From the human T2T-CHM13v2.0 reference genome, Homo sapiens, in NCBI RefSeq assembly GCF_009914755.1, contig NC_060932.1: DNA of 64,000 nt, one strand, 5' to 3'. The position numbers and the translations under genes were made by a program. The notes under the pieces were generated by a model. That model saw nothing but the letters and a program-made list of their open reading frames with translations. It was not told the DNA's origin and did no database searches. The stretch's first letter is position 1. Every line of letters begins with the position of its first letter. Below are positions 28,330 through 41,100 of the stretch, piece after piece.

Positions 28330-29600
28330 AAGAAAAGTCCTATAAGAAGTCCAAGAAAATCTGTGGATAAATTATTAGAAGTAATAATAGCTAAGCAAGG
28401 TTAATGAAGGTCAGATCAATGTACAGTACTCCATTATACTCCCATACCTCAGTTATAAACACTTAAGAATGAATTTTTAAAAGGCACTTTGCAAAAAATT
28501 ACAAAAATATTTAAGCATCTGGCAATAAATTCCAACAGAGGTTATTTTTGTGATCTTAAAAGTCTGCTTCTAAAATTTACATGGAGTAGTAAAGGTTGGT
28601 TTCCCACATGAGCTCAGTCTTCACGCTCCCTGCCTCTGTGCCCTTGAGAATGTGAACTGGCCGCTCCCTGCACCAAGGAAGCCCCTTCCCTATCCTTGGG
28701 GTCTGGGCTGGCCTCATGACATGCCTTGGCCAGTAGAGAGTGGCTCAAGAGGCTTTGTGTGTTTTGTTCAGTCTCTTGCTACTTGCCTTTGCTGTGGCTA
28801 AGCCAGCTGGGTGATGAAAGACAGGTGGCCTAATTCTCCCCTTTGCCCCAGGGCCAGCTAGCTGCAGATGTGTGAGCCAGCTCAGGTGAGATCAGAACCA
28901 TCCAGCTGAGCTCAGCCCAAACAGCTGACCTCAGGCTTGGAGAAGAAAATAAATAACCTAAGACTTTAACTGTTTAAGTTTTGAAATGGTTTGTTAGGAA
29001 GTAATAGCTTACTAATACAATAGCCAAGATAATTTTTTAAAAAATAGAGCAAAATGGAGGGACTCATCTATCAGATATTAAGATTTGTAATGGGCTTTAA
29101 TAATTAGGACACTATAGATAGATATCAAAAACCAGACTGATGGCTAAGACTAGCGAGTCTAGAAAGAGATGTATAAAAATAAGACAACTTGATATATGAA
29201 ATAGGGGCATTATAAATTGAGTGGTACTGGAACAATTGGTTATAAAAACGAAAAATTTAAATTCCTACTCCACACCAGTCTCAAAAACTCATTTAAAAAT
29301 TTTAGAAGAAGATATGGGAAAATAGCTTTATGACTTCTGGGTAGGGTAATATTTTTAAGATACAAAAAGACTGTAAAAGATATATATTTTGTTTATTTTT
29401 AAATAAATCGTGATATATTCAGAACATTGAATGAAATAGAGTAGAGAAAATGAATTAAATAAGAGTACACAATGACATGGAAAATTTTTCAAAAACATGT
29501 TGGACACATAAATAGAAAGGTGCAGGGTATTTACAGCACAGTGTCATTTATATAAGTTTCAACCATATTAAACAGTGATATAAATGTCTTTGGGTCATAT
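28330..29600 (+). mobile_element. Degraded L1M fragments with an MLT1-like insert (~28600-29020)
   Basis: Diverged L1 ORF2-like phrases (ctaaaatttacatgg, aatagccaagataatttt, ggtactggaacaattgg) and an MLT1-like 3' end. Confidence 0.5.
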
Positions 29601-29639
29601 ATATATTCATATTCTATATACCAACTCTTTCTACCTTTC

Positions 29640-29659
29640 TATCATCTGTCATATCTATC

Positions 29660-29706
<47 letters not shown>

Positions 29707-29760
29707 ATCTATCTAATCTGTCTGTCATCTCTGCATCCACCCAACAGTCTGTCTGTCTAC
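29640..29760. repeat. (TCTA)n/(TATC)n tetranucleotide STR
   Basis: About 11 uninterrupted TCTA units at ~29661-29705 with degenerate flanks. Confidence 0.95.
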
Positions 29761-29959
29761 ACATCATCTACGAAGTGAAAGAACGTGCTTGGGAACGGTC
29801 AACACCTGAAGAAGGAGAGGGGACCTCAGGAGAGGATCTTGGAGGAGGCACGCATGAACTTCTGCCGTATGTGTAAAAATTTTCTTTCTTAAACTGGGTG
29901 GAGGGGCCTTTTTATGCGTTGGAAACGCTTTTTTAGTGAAACTAAACTGAAGTACTTAC

Positions 29960-30710
29960 GGAGTAGCTGAGCTGGGCGGACTGCGCAGGAGCCCAGGCAC
30001 CAATTGGCGTGAACTCTCCAGTTCTGGACCCACATCCAGAGGTGTGTGAAGCCACCCCCCAGAGCCCAGCCAACGGTAAATAGGACTGTGACCTGGGAAT
30101 CAGACCGTTCCCGAGCGCCCCCTGTGTGTGGTGTTCCTTGGGTGGTGGGGACCGCTGTGTTCAGCCCGTCCTTGGAAGAGGCGAGGGGTGCTGCCGTGGG
30201 AGGTAGAGAGAAGGGCAGGGGTGTGGTGCTCTTTTTTTCCATTCCTACTTCAGCTAAACCATTGCCACTTTTATCCGTTTTGTGCCGCGAGCTCTTACCT
30301 ACTCTTGTTGGTTGGCGGCTTTCGGGCAGGGAAACGGGCAAACGTGGACGCGCGCAGCTAAGGCAGGCGCGGTGGGCAGGGGGCTGGGCCGGGCAGGGAC
30401 TGTGCCGCCCCCGCTTCTGGGTGGGAGCGGCCTGTCTCCTCTCCGAGGGTCTGAGAGCACCCGCACCCACCTTCCTTCCCCAGGGCATTCCGGCCTAGGG
30501 GAAGGGCGTCTGGAATGGGAGCGGGCGCTCCACCGCCTGCAGGCATACGGTAGGCCTGGCCCAGTACTGGGCGTCCGAGCTGCACCCAAGGGGCAGCACC
30601 CACACCTACCAAGCCCACAACACCTGCGGCAGCGCCTTGCGCTGGGAGCTTCAGAAAAAGCGCAACAGGAAAGGTCCCCAACCCCCTAGCAACGTCGCCG
30701 AGAACCTACT
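29960..30710. promoter_or_regulatory. CpG-rich, promoter-like region
   Basis: High GC and many retained CpGs (gacgcgcgc, ccgcga, gcgggcgc) against CpG-poor flanks; GC boxes GGGCGG at ~29974 and CCGCCC at ~30405. Confidence 0.65.
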
Positions 30711-31552
30711 GCACAAGGCCACTCCATAGCCCATGTTTCCTGTACTGCGGGGTCTGGCAGCACTGCCTAGGTTTGAGATCATTGGCTGGGTTTCCCTGGG
30801 CGGTTTTTCATTTGTAGAGGGAAATTAACAGTGGTGCCCATCTCACAGTATTGCTGTGGCAATTCAGTGAAATCACATGTGCAGCGCTGGGAGCTGAGCC
30901 TGGCACAGGTGGGCACACTGACATTTTAGTTATTGTAATCATAAAATAATTTGTCTGATTTGCTCATATATATATCTAAACATGCCTGGAGACCTTGGCA
31001 AAAGTGCCACGATTCTTATTATTTTCATAGAAGACCTTGCTTCATTCATTCATTCAACAAATATCTGTTGAGCACCATGCCAGAGATTGCTCAGGCTCTG
31101 GGGACAGCAGTGAGGGAAACCCAGGAAGCTCTGTCCCCATGGAGTTCCATTCCAGTCAGGGGGTGTGGGACAGGCTCACAGCAAGCCAGCAGATGGGGGA
31201 AAAGAAAGCCAAGGAAGCTTCCCTGGAGAGGGCTCATTTGAGGGGCAGAACAGAAATGTGCACCCCAGAAGCCCCAGTGTGGGATGGCATTGGAGAACAG
31301 TGGGGTATCCAGTCCCAGCTCCCCTACTCATATGGGCCTGAGGCTTTTAGAATTTGAAAAATGTGACCTGTAACAACCTCGCTTTTGTCATTCAGGGTCT
31401 GTTTAAGCACTTGGCCTTCACAGAGAGCCAGGCACCCTGAATGCAGAGCAGAGGCCAGTTCTTCTACCCATGGGAATGGACAGTGCCAGGGGAGGAACGG
31501 CTGTCACAGAGCCTTGCAGTCAGGTGGACAAATAGCAGCTGTGGACACAAAC

Positions 31553-31963
31553 TTTCATGCATGTCCGTGTGAAGAGATCACCAAACAGGCTTTGTGTGAG
31601 CAATAAAAGCTTTTAATTGCCTGGGCACAGGCAGGCTGAGTCCGAAAAGAGAGTCAGTGAAGGGAGATAAGGGTGGGGCCGTTTTATAGGATTTGGGTAG
31701 ATAAAGGAAAATTACAGTCAAAGGGGAGTTGTTCTCTGGTGGGCAGAGTGGGGGTCACAAGGTACTCAGTGGGGGAGCTTTTGAGCCAGGATGAGCCAGG
31801 AGAAGGAATTTCACAAGACAATGTCATCAGTTAAGGCAGGAACACGCCATTTTCACTTCTTTTGTGGTGGAATGTCATCAGTTAAGGCAGGAACCAGCCA
31901 TCTGGATGTGTACATGCAGGTCACAGGGGATATGATGGCTTAGCTTGGGCTCAGAGGCTGACA
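31553..31963 (-). mobile_element. HERV-H solo LTR (LTR7 family)
   Basis: Minus strand TGTCAGCCTCTGAGCCCAAGC…GCATGAAA; two aatgtcatcagttaaggcaggaac repeats; TATA at ~31683-31689; 5-bp TSD CAAAC (31548-31552, 31964-31968). Confidence 0.93.
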
Positions 31964-34119
31964 CAAACATCTTCTGGTAAAACACTCTCAAAAGTTGCTG
32001 CAGTAAGAGTTAAATGTTAACGCTGAGTTGCAGTTTTTTTTTTGAAAGTTTTGTAGGTTTCTGATTTTCATCTCATTCTGGGCTTTCAATTAGCAGCTGT
32101 GCAGTTGCCCGCAGGTTATGTGCACATGGGCTTTGCCTCCTACGGTGTCTTATGTGATATTTTTTTCTGACTCCATGATAAGAATTTTTAGCAAAATGGA
32201 AAGTAAACAATTGGACCTGAGTACTCTATTTTTAGTTGACACATCTGAAGCAGAAGTAGTCAATCTTGCCATGGACACGGGGCTTGCTTTGAACTTGTGT
32301 TGAAGAAGCAACAGCATTTATCACGCGGTGTCAGCCCAACATTGTAGCACGGGGGAGAGAGCATGGAGCTGGAAATGAGGATTGGCTGTGCGATTTGTGC
32401 ACAACTTTCCAGGGGCTAAGTGGCTTTCCTTTCCATAAGTGAGGCCTTTTGACTCAGTCTCCAAGCCTTCCTCACTTTCCATCTTTGGTCACTGCTTCTT
32501 CCTTGCCTCAGAAGCATTGCTTTAGACTTCAGAGGCGTGTGTTAAGAATCTAGTTTGAAACCCACTGGTGGAGGTGACAAAGATGATTCAGCATGACTGC
32601 TGTCCTCCAGGAGTTTTACCTAATGAATTTCAAATGATTAAATGTGATTTGTTTAAAATGAATAAGAAATTTAAATGTTTTTAAAGATATACATAAGTGA
32701 AATTACAGATTCCCATAAAATAATATGAAAAAACCCAATAACTTCCCTATTCCTTGAAGGTGAAGGGGTTGAGAGCAGTAGAACATGGGAGATTTATTGA
32801 TTTTTTATTTTTATAGATGGAAGGGGTACAAGCGTAGTTTTGTTGTGTGGCCATATTTCGGAGTGGTGAGGTCTGCGCTGTTTTAGTGTACCCATCACTC
32901 AAATAGGTAATCTTTCAACCTTCCTGGGAGATTTTTGTGTTTGAGAATCATTTTGTGTTTGGCTTTTCCCCTATGAAAGCTAATGTGCAACCCAGGCCAA
33001 TCCGCAGGAAGGTGGCTGGGAAGAGGGGAGTGCAGGAGGGCTGACTACCAGCTCTTGTGACACCCACATAGGGAGGCCGAGCCACACACCTGGTGGAATT
33101 TATCTTGTATCTTGTTAGCCTAAGTTTGTGAGAGAACATACTGCATACCCACATACACAGAGGTTGGTAAGCAATTTTGTTAGTCAATGTTTTAAAAAAT
33201 TTATGAAGAAAACTGATTGGTTTTCAGCTTGAAGTAATTTACTGACACTTTATAAACTCATCACATGCCAACTTGGAGAGTCTGCACTTTTTCATGTTGC
33301 TGAATGGCCTTTGGCTCCCTGCTGTGTGTCTCTGGGGTTAAACCTGGGGTGTCCTGTGCCCCAGGAGCTTCGTATGTGGGTGCCCGCCACCCAGTGCACG
33401 GATTCCCACCGTGCTGCTGGGGCTGAGTCCTGGAGCCCATGCTGATCCCTGTGCGAGGGATTGTCAAGCACTTTCGTCAGCAGGAGGCCTCTCCCTGGTG
33501 GGGGCGGGTGGGGGAGCTGCAGCGACGCAGTGTGCAAGGGTGGTGGACATACCCTTGAGTACGGAGCACCCTTGAGTACAGAGCATGTTTGGGATGTATG
33601 TTACATGACTTCTATGTGTAATTGTTGACACTGATGAAAATGCCTTAAATTGTTGGAGAGCCCACCCACAGGGAAAACATTTCTCACCTTTGGTATTAGT
33701 TTGGGCTTGCATGTTGCCTCTGGTAGAGGCCCCAGAAGGTTCAACGAGTTTGTCTAAAAATGAAGCTGTCTTTTTGAAAATTACCTGGCATAAAAGCCTC
33801 ATGACCTACGTGATGCACACTGCGCACCGATCTTCAACCAAACCCTGTGTTTTGCTGCCAAAGAACATGGCTTCAGTCTCCCACTCCCAGGTCAGGTGGA
33901 CAGAGGCCCAGAGAAGGCTGTGGAGGTTGGTGGAGGTTGCAGCTATGGCCATGAGCCAGCGACGGTGATACACCGACATCCAGGGGTAGGCTCTGTCTAC
34001 CTTGGCTTTCCTAGTCCCCCTGTGGACACAAACAGGGCTGTCCTACCCCAAGCACTGGGAGCTGCCCACATGGGGGTCAGACATGTGGACCGGAACCCTG
34101 GCTCTCACACGGAGGAGCC

Positions 34120-34260
34120 GTAGAACTTTGGGCAAGTGTCTCTACTGCCATGAGCTTCTGCTTCATCATCTGTAAAACAGAGATAGTGACCTGCCATTAA
34201 AGGATGCTATGATGATTAAATGAGAACATAGGAGGGAATACTTATCAATTGACTGCTGAT
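34120..34260 (+). mobile_element. MIR
   Basis: ctttgggcaagt…catctgtaaaacagagatagt…gattaaatgaga, the MIR core. Confidence 0.65.
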
Positions 34261-34863
34261 GTTTTATTGATTAACAAGCTGCATAAATAAAACTGGTATT
34301 TTGCCTGATGTGGAAGTCAGCACAGAGAATCTGACTTAGGGATCAGCTGCTAGCAAGGAAAGTGACAATGAAGTAGCTTGTTCCAGAGCCTAAAACACTG
34401 CTGAGCCAGCAGCTTGTGATTTCTTTAAATGTTACGTTGCTCACATCTGCAAAAGCACCATAATTAATATGGTTTGCTTCAACTATCTATGGTTTAGAAA
34501 ACATCAGCGACTGTTTGGAATTAGAGAAAAACAGTGATTCACCAATTTGAGTCTTCAAGTGTTGCTGGCAAGATGAGCTCTGAACATCAGAGTCATGCAG
34601 CCGAGTCATCTAAAGGCCACCTGGTGGCTCGGGCTGCTGAAACCTGGGTCTCCATGTGCAGCAGCTTGTCTCAGGACGGCACCTTCAGTGCTTTCCCCCT
34701 GGTGCTCTTTCTCTTCCCAAAGGGCCCCTTCTCCACCCCTTGGAATCTGGGCTGACCTGTGTGACTCCTTTGACTCCTAGCATGGACAGAAGGGGAACTG
34801 GGCAAGCTCTGAACCCAGCCTTTAAGGCGGACAGCATCATCTTCTCTCAGAACACTGCCATGG

Positions 34864-35165
34864 GGCCAGGCACGGTGGCTTACGCCTGTAATCCCAGTAC
34901 TTTGAGAGGCTGAGGCAAGTGGATCACTTGAGGTTGAGAGTTTGAGATCAGTCTGGCCAACATGGCAAAACCCCGTCTCTACTAAAAATAGAAAAAAATT
35001 AGCTGGGCCTGATGGCGCACACCTGTAATCCCAGGTACTCAGGAGACCGAGGCAGGATAATCGCTTGGACCTGGGAGGAAGAGGCTGCAGTGAGCCGAGA
35101 TCGCATCACTGCACTTCAGCCTGGGCAAGAGAGGGAGACTCCATCTTAAAAAAAAAAAAAAAAAG
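34864..35165 (+). mobile_element. AluS, apparently inside an MLT1-like element
   Basis: 14-bp TSD gaacactgccatgg at 34850-34863 and 35166-35179. Confidence 0.94.
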
Positions 35166-38100
35166 GAACACTGCCATGGAAGCCAAGATACCCACAGTCC
35201 GAGGAAGCCTCAGCTGGCCCTGGAGAGGCCACAGGGAGGCACTTGGCTGCAGGTCCCCAGCTGGTGCATGTGTCCTGACCCAGCCCCCAGACAGGCTGGG
35301 AGGGAGCCATCAGGAGCATGCCAGCCCTCACAGACAACAGGAGGAGGAGAGCTGGAGCCACTGCAGGGTGCCGGGCAGGCTGTGCCACCAGCTCCGGCGG
35401 ATGGCATGGAATACACCAGCCACCCCTGTGTCCTGCCTGGCTTCCCCATGGCTGGAAACTCATGGCTGCTTCCAGGCTTACTGGCCTTGTTTTTGTCCCT
35501 GGCCTCCATTGCACAGCTCTGGCCACTTGTGCTTCAGAAGGCAGGATGGTGGGAGCCAGACCGAGGCACCCAGTCCTCTTATTTAGGAAGCTCGTGGTCA
35601 CTCGCCTGTTGTCTGGACTCCCCCTGGTGAGAAGCAGTGAGACATGGTCATGGGGGTGCGGCTGCAGCAGGTGATTCTGTTAGCACTGCAGGATCGCTGT
35701 CCACTCTGTAGATCCCCAGCCCCTTCTGCATATTCTTGACGTACACAGAGTGGGCCTGATGAGACTCGGCATTCATCCTCTGGCCTTTCTGATCTCCTTC
35801 CTGGCCACTCCAGCCTGGTTTCGGGGGGACACTACGCTGGGCTGATACCAGCATATTATGGTCATGGGAGGTGACAGATCACAAGCCCAGGGCCTGGAGC
35901 AGTCAAGGGAGCCATGAGCCACACATTTGAACTCAGCGCCTTCTGAGCAGCTTTTACTCTACAATCATGAGTTTTCTTTTGTTGTTTGCCTCTTTAGTCT
36001 GCTTTTGTGAGGGGAAATATGGATAACACACACTTGTGTGCACATACATGTACAACTGTGTGTCCACAAGTGTGCAGAGCTTTCCTAGGTACATGTTCCC
36101 ACAAACACATGTGGCCACGAGGGCACCTTATGACTAAACTTCAGCTTGGAACTAAGGGACTGGACTTGGTTGGCAGGTGACATGGTCCCTGGGTTCAGAG
36201 CCGGCTCGGCACAGACTACTTCAGACACCCACTCATGGATATCCAGGCCGTGCACTTCAAAGTCTAATGTTGATCTCACCAAAGCATGTGATCTTTCTGG
36301 CAAGGTGATGGGTGCGCAGTAAGGACTGGGTGAGTTAAGTAACTTGGTTTTCACATGGGACTCACCCTGGGTGTTTAGGGGCAGCCTTTCCAAGCAAGCT
36401 GAGCTGGTACCTGGGCTTATTGGAGACCCCTAGGAATGAATGAAGACTATTCCCAAGCAGAATGACCACGTTGCAGAGATTGCTGTTCTCCTACCATGAT
36501 TATAGAATCCCTGGAGACCAACCGTGAATACAGATTGTGAAATTTTAACTTGAGCACTTGACACTTATGATTGATCCTCAAGAACTGAAGTAGGTTTCAG
36601 GGTCTGACTAAGGAGGTGTCAAAACAGGGCAAGTTATCTCAATCAGTTGGAATTGTATTTGACTGAAGTGATGAATAGAAATTCAATCCATCCTGTTGGA
36701 ATAGCATCTCTTATTTTTTTTTCCTTTCTCAGAACAGCCAGAGGGAGGCAGCCTGGGGCTGGTGCAGATGCCTCAGGGTCCTTTGCTTCTTCCGGCTTCC
36801 TGCTCTACCCTCCTAAGTTGATAGCTTTTGTCCCTCTGATCTCAAAGATGCCTGCTCCATAGCTAGACATCATTTCCGCATTCCAGGCAGGAAGAAAGAG
36901 CAAGAGCAAAGGGCCAAAGGTGTCCACATGCTGAGGCTTCCTTTTTATTAAGAAAACAATGACTTGGAGGCACTACCAAATAGATTCTACTTCATCTCAT
37001 TGGCCAGGTCATGGCTGTCTCAGCTGCACAAATTGTTTCTGTTAGTAAGGAAGAAAGGGAGAAGATATTGTGATGGATTCCAGTGGGATGCAGAATTAAC
37101 ATTTAACATTCTCATGTTAAATGAGGAAGTTTATTTAGGAAGTGCTATCCAAGTGCTTATTGAATAAGCCAGGGAGGCTATTCTGTTAAGGGCTGGAGAC
37201 AGGAACCATCGCTGGACCTTGGTGGGCCACACGGGAAGCCTCTGCCTAGGGAGGAAGGAAGGAAGAGCACCATGCACCCTCAGTGCATGGGTGTGAAGGT
37301 GCGCACAGACAGATGGGAGGGTGGCCCGGGGTTACAGAGAGATGGAGGTGGGCATGGCTATATGAGACTGGTGAATTATTTTTGAGGCTCTGAAAAATAC
37401 AAAACATAGCTATATAATGGGTTTTTCTTTTAACACAAACATTTAGATGATCGTTAATATCATTTTAGATGATGATCTTGTCTGATCTCATAATTTGCCA
37501 GGCAAGGCTGCATGAACACGTCTATTAGATGGATGTGAAGACCGAGGTCTGCGAGTTCCAGTGTTTTTGCCATTCCCAGGTCTCATAACAGCCAGGTTTC
37601 AAATCCAGGTCTTTGGGCTCTTGAGTTCATGCCCCACATTCATGACAGTTGACGCCCATTTTTACTGAACTGCTCCTTGCCCTTTATCTCTGTTTAATCC
37701 TTTAGGATCAAGAATCCAAACATTTCTTGATATCTAGAACATTTGTTCTAGAAAATGTTCTTGAACATTTTCTTTTATTTGTTGAGAAAGAAAGTGGCAA
37801 AAAGAATAGCATTTCTTTGCTCCTTGCCATTTGCCCGGAGGAGCAGTGCCTGGCAGGAGGCGGGCCCTCTCTGCGTGGCCTGGCCCCATGCTTTCTGGGT
37901 GTTTTTCTCACCAAGCTGGACCTGCCCCGGGCACCGCCTTTGAGCCCTTCTGGCCTCTCCTCATTCCCCTACTGCCTTTGTCGGTACCTGCTTCATTCCT
38001 TTTGAAAAAACATTGCTGGTTTAAAAAATGGTAGCTGCTCATTATAAATTTTATACATTGTTATATGCATTATATACATTATTATGCCTATCTACCTAGA

Positions 38101-41100
38101 AAGAAGAACAAATAAAGAAATGAAAGTTAGACAAGATCCCAGCATTTAGAAGTAGTGATTCTGTTAATTTGTTGGTTTTACACCACTCTAGAATCTTCCT
38201 TTGTATATGTAAATATGCACATATAGCTAGATAAGTATTTATCATTTTACATAAGTAGGATGATGGTTTATATGTGGTCCTGTTACCTAAGTCTTCATGC
38301 AACAATATGTCATAGGCTCGTATTCATGCCAACAAAACTAACTGCATCCTTATTTTGAATGGCTGGTAGAAGTCCACTGTACATGTGAACCATAATTTAG
38401 GTAACCAGCCTCTTGTTAATTGACACATACATTAGTTTCTATTTTTTTCTTTAAAAAAAAAGCAAAGCAAAGAGAGGTGGGCCAGGTCTCCGTGACCCGG
38501 GCCGGCCCAGCATCTTGGGTGGTGGGTGACACGCTGGGGTCCCCTGGGAAGGTGCTGGGACAGGGCCTGGCATGCTGTGCAAGGCTTTGGCTGTAGCCAA
38601 TGCTGATAGGAGCAGGGTGGAGAGCACTGAGGGGGCAGGCAGCTGGAATCTGTTTCCGTGAGAACAAGTGATGCACTGGGCAGGTTGTTCTCCTGCCTGT
38701 GACCAGAAACCATGGGTGCATCATGAGCTGCTCTCGGGCAGGCAATTCTTCCCTGCTGAGGACGTGGTCCTTGTGCGAAGAAAGCACACCGCTTCCCTCG
38801 TGCTTGCAGAGTCCCTGCAGCGTCCCGGTGAGGCACTGCCCTATCCTACTCCTTCAGGATTCATTCCAATCTTTGGCCCCACTGGCAAGTGAGCCCTGTG
38901 AGTGGCTTGGCATGAGTTTTTCTTCGGCTGGGTCCCTGGATCACTTGAGAGTAGGTCACCCCAGATCTTGGGATGTCCTATTGCTGGTCTCTTCTTAGTG
39001 GCACAGAGCCCCCTTTCTACTTGTAAACTGTGCAGTGGCGGGTCAGGGCTCACTGATGGAGGGGACAGAGCAGCTGTTACCAGTAACAGTAACGACACGA
39101 TTGCTGAGACAAACATTTTCATGGTGATGCATGAGAACACTAAATCCAAACCACATTGTTTAGCTTTCACTCCAGCAGAGGGGAATGCCACATCCCCTAA
39201 AGTAAATGGAAGAGATCAGAGTTTAGAAAATATGACAGAGTTGAAAACTTAAAGCTGTATTGCATAGTAACATCTTTTGGAGGCGAAAACAATGGGTAGG
39301 AGCCAGTGTCTCTGCATTTCCAGGGCAGCAGTGGCTGTGAGTCAGGGGTGCCTCGGGCAGGCAGCTAAAAAGGCGGGAACTCCCGCAGTCACGGTTGGGA
39401 GGGACACATGTGGACAGACCGGAGGAATGCGGTGGACCGTGAGAACCGTCTTCACGGCCGGCTTCTGTTCTGTGTTTGTTTCAGGCTGACATTGAATGCC
39501 ATACATGGAACTGTGCGACCCTGATATTTACATGCTCTAGTTCCCTGTTTTTCTTGTGGATTGAAAAATCACTAGGAGTCTGTAAACACTGTGCAACAGT
39601 GTTAGATTTCACAGAGGCCAGGGCAGGCGCTGGGGGAAGGACCAGGGTCGTGCAAAAAGAGCCCAGCAGAAGTGCAGGGTGAAGGTGCCTCTCTCAGCCC
39701 TGACAAGGAGCAGAGGTAGGTTTACTGTGCAGTGAATACTTCTCAAGCTTCAGGGCCCTCCCTTGCACAAGCTTGATGGGAGACGTGGGGAGGTACAGAG
39801 TGTTCCTGGTGAGGAGAGGAAGCCAGGTTGCTGTCAGCAAGCTTTTCAATGCAAGCACTTCTGGTAAATTAAAAAGTTTTCAGAAAAACGGGTCTGAATT
39901 CCCAAAGCTCAATCGATGTGTTGCAATTTCTTTTTTCATTCTGGCAAAATGTTGATTTCGTATGTAATTTTATATTTGTAATTGTGTACTCAAGAGGGAC
40001 CATAACTTGGTAAGATTTTGATCTCGTAGGACCTGGGGCCAACACTATAAATTTTGGCCCATGCTGTCCTTGAAATCTGTATACTCAGGAGAGATGGTCC
40101 CAAGGAGCCCTCTGCAAACCCCAACATGGTTTTGTCCCCTGTTCCTTGGCAGAGCAAGTCATCCAGTGGGTGGCCACACACAGTGGACACGCGCCAATGT
40201 CTGTAGCACTGGAAGATAGACTTCCAGAATTGATTCCTAAGCTATGCAAGGTGCTTCCTGTGTTAGGAAGCAAGTCTGGAGGATGTGGAGGCAGAGCGGC
40301 CACCACAGCCCTTGCTGTGGCGAGCGTCCGCGTCCAGCACTCCAGCTCTGGGCAGCCGCTGCTGGGAGCATGCAGCTGGGGCACGGGAAAGTTTCAGTGA
40401 GGCCTGGACTTCACGTGCAGGAACTACCTCTGGCACTGCTGTTGGCCAAGGGCAGTGAAAGCTTGTGAATGAAGAAGCCAGGTGTTCTCCACGTGGTATC
40501 TTATGTGGTCAGGACTGTGGAGAAACACTATGCAGCACTACAGGCACCAGCTGTTGGAATTTGCAGAAACCTGAGATGCCATCTAATTTAATCTCTCATC
40601 TTACAGATCAGAAAACAGGTCAGGAGAGGTCTGCAGCTGACCCGAGCTGCAGGCAGGATGCGCCTTGATGGTAGGCTCGGGGCACAGGTCGGAGAGGAAG
40701 CCCAGTGGAGGCCCAGGCTGGGCAGGTCCCATGAAGTTCAGTGTTGGTCCATGAGGCCTGTTCCTTCAAGGATGCAGCACGTAGGAAAGCAAGCCAGTGT
40801 GCCACATGTTACGGATTTATCTGGCATCCAGAGGATGTGATAACTTTTTCCATTATGTTGTAACAACTTTCGAGAGCGTGGAAACCTCACGTGCTGCAGG
40901 TGTCTGCTATAGGAGAGCTGTGTGCCTTGTGCACTGTCAGAGGGCATGAGGACGCCCCTAGAGGTGCCCTGTGGGCATGCCTGCCTCAGGTCTTTACCCA
41001 TTTCTGCCACTGGAGTGCCCAGAGGGCCTGAGTGTTACCTCCTGGGCTGCCTTCCCTATGCCTGGTGCTGGCCACTGGCAGACGTAGGCAGGAAGCGCAA

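Noticed and set aside
29889-30689. Overlapping 100-199 aa ORFs in the CpG-rich region
   Set aside because: GC-rich DNA is poor in stop codons; ORFs occur on both strands with no recognisable domain.
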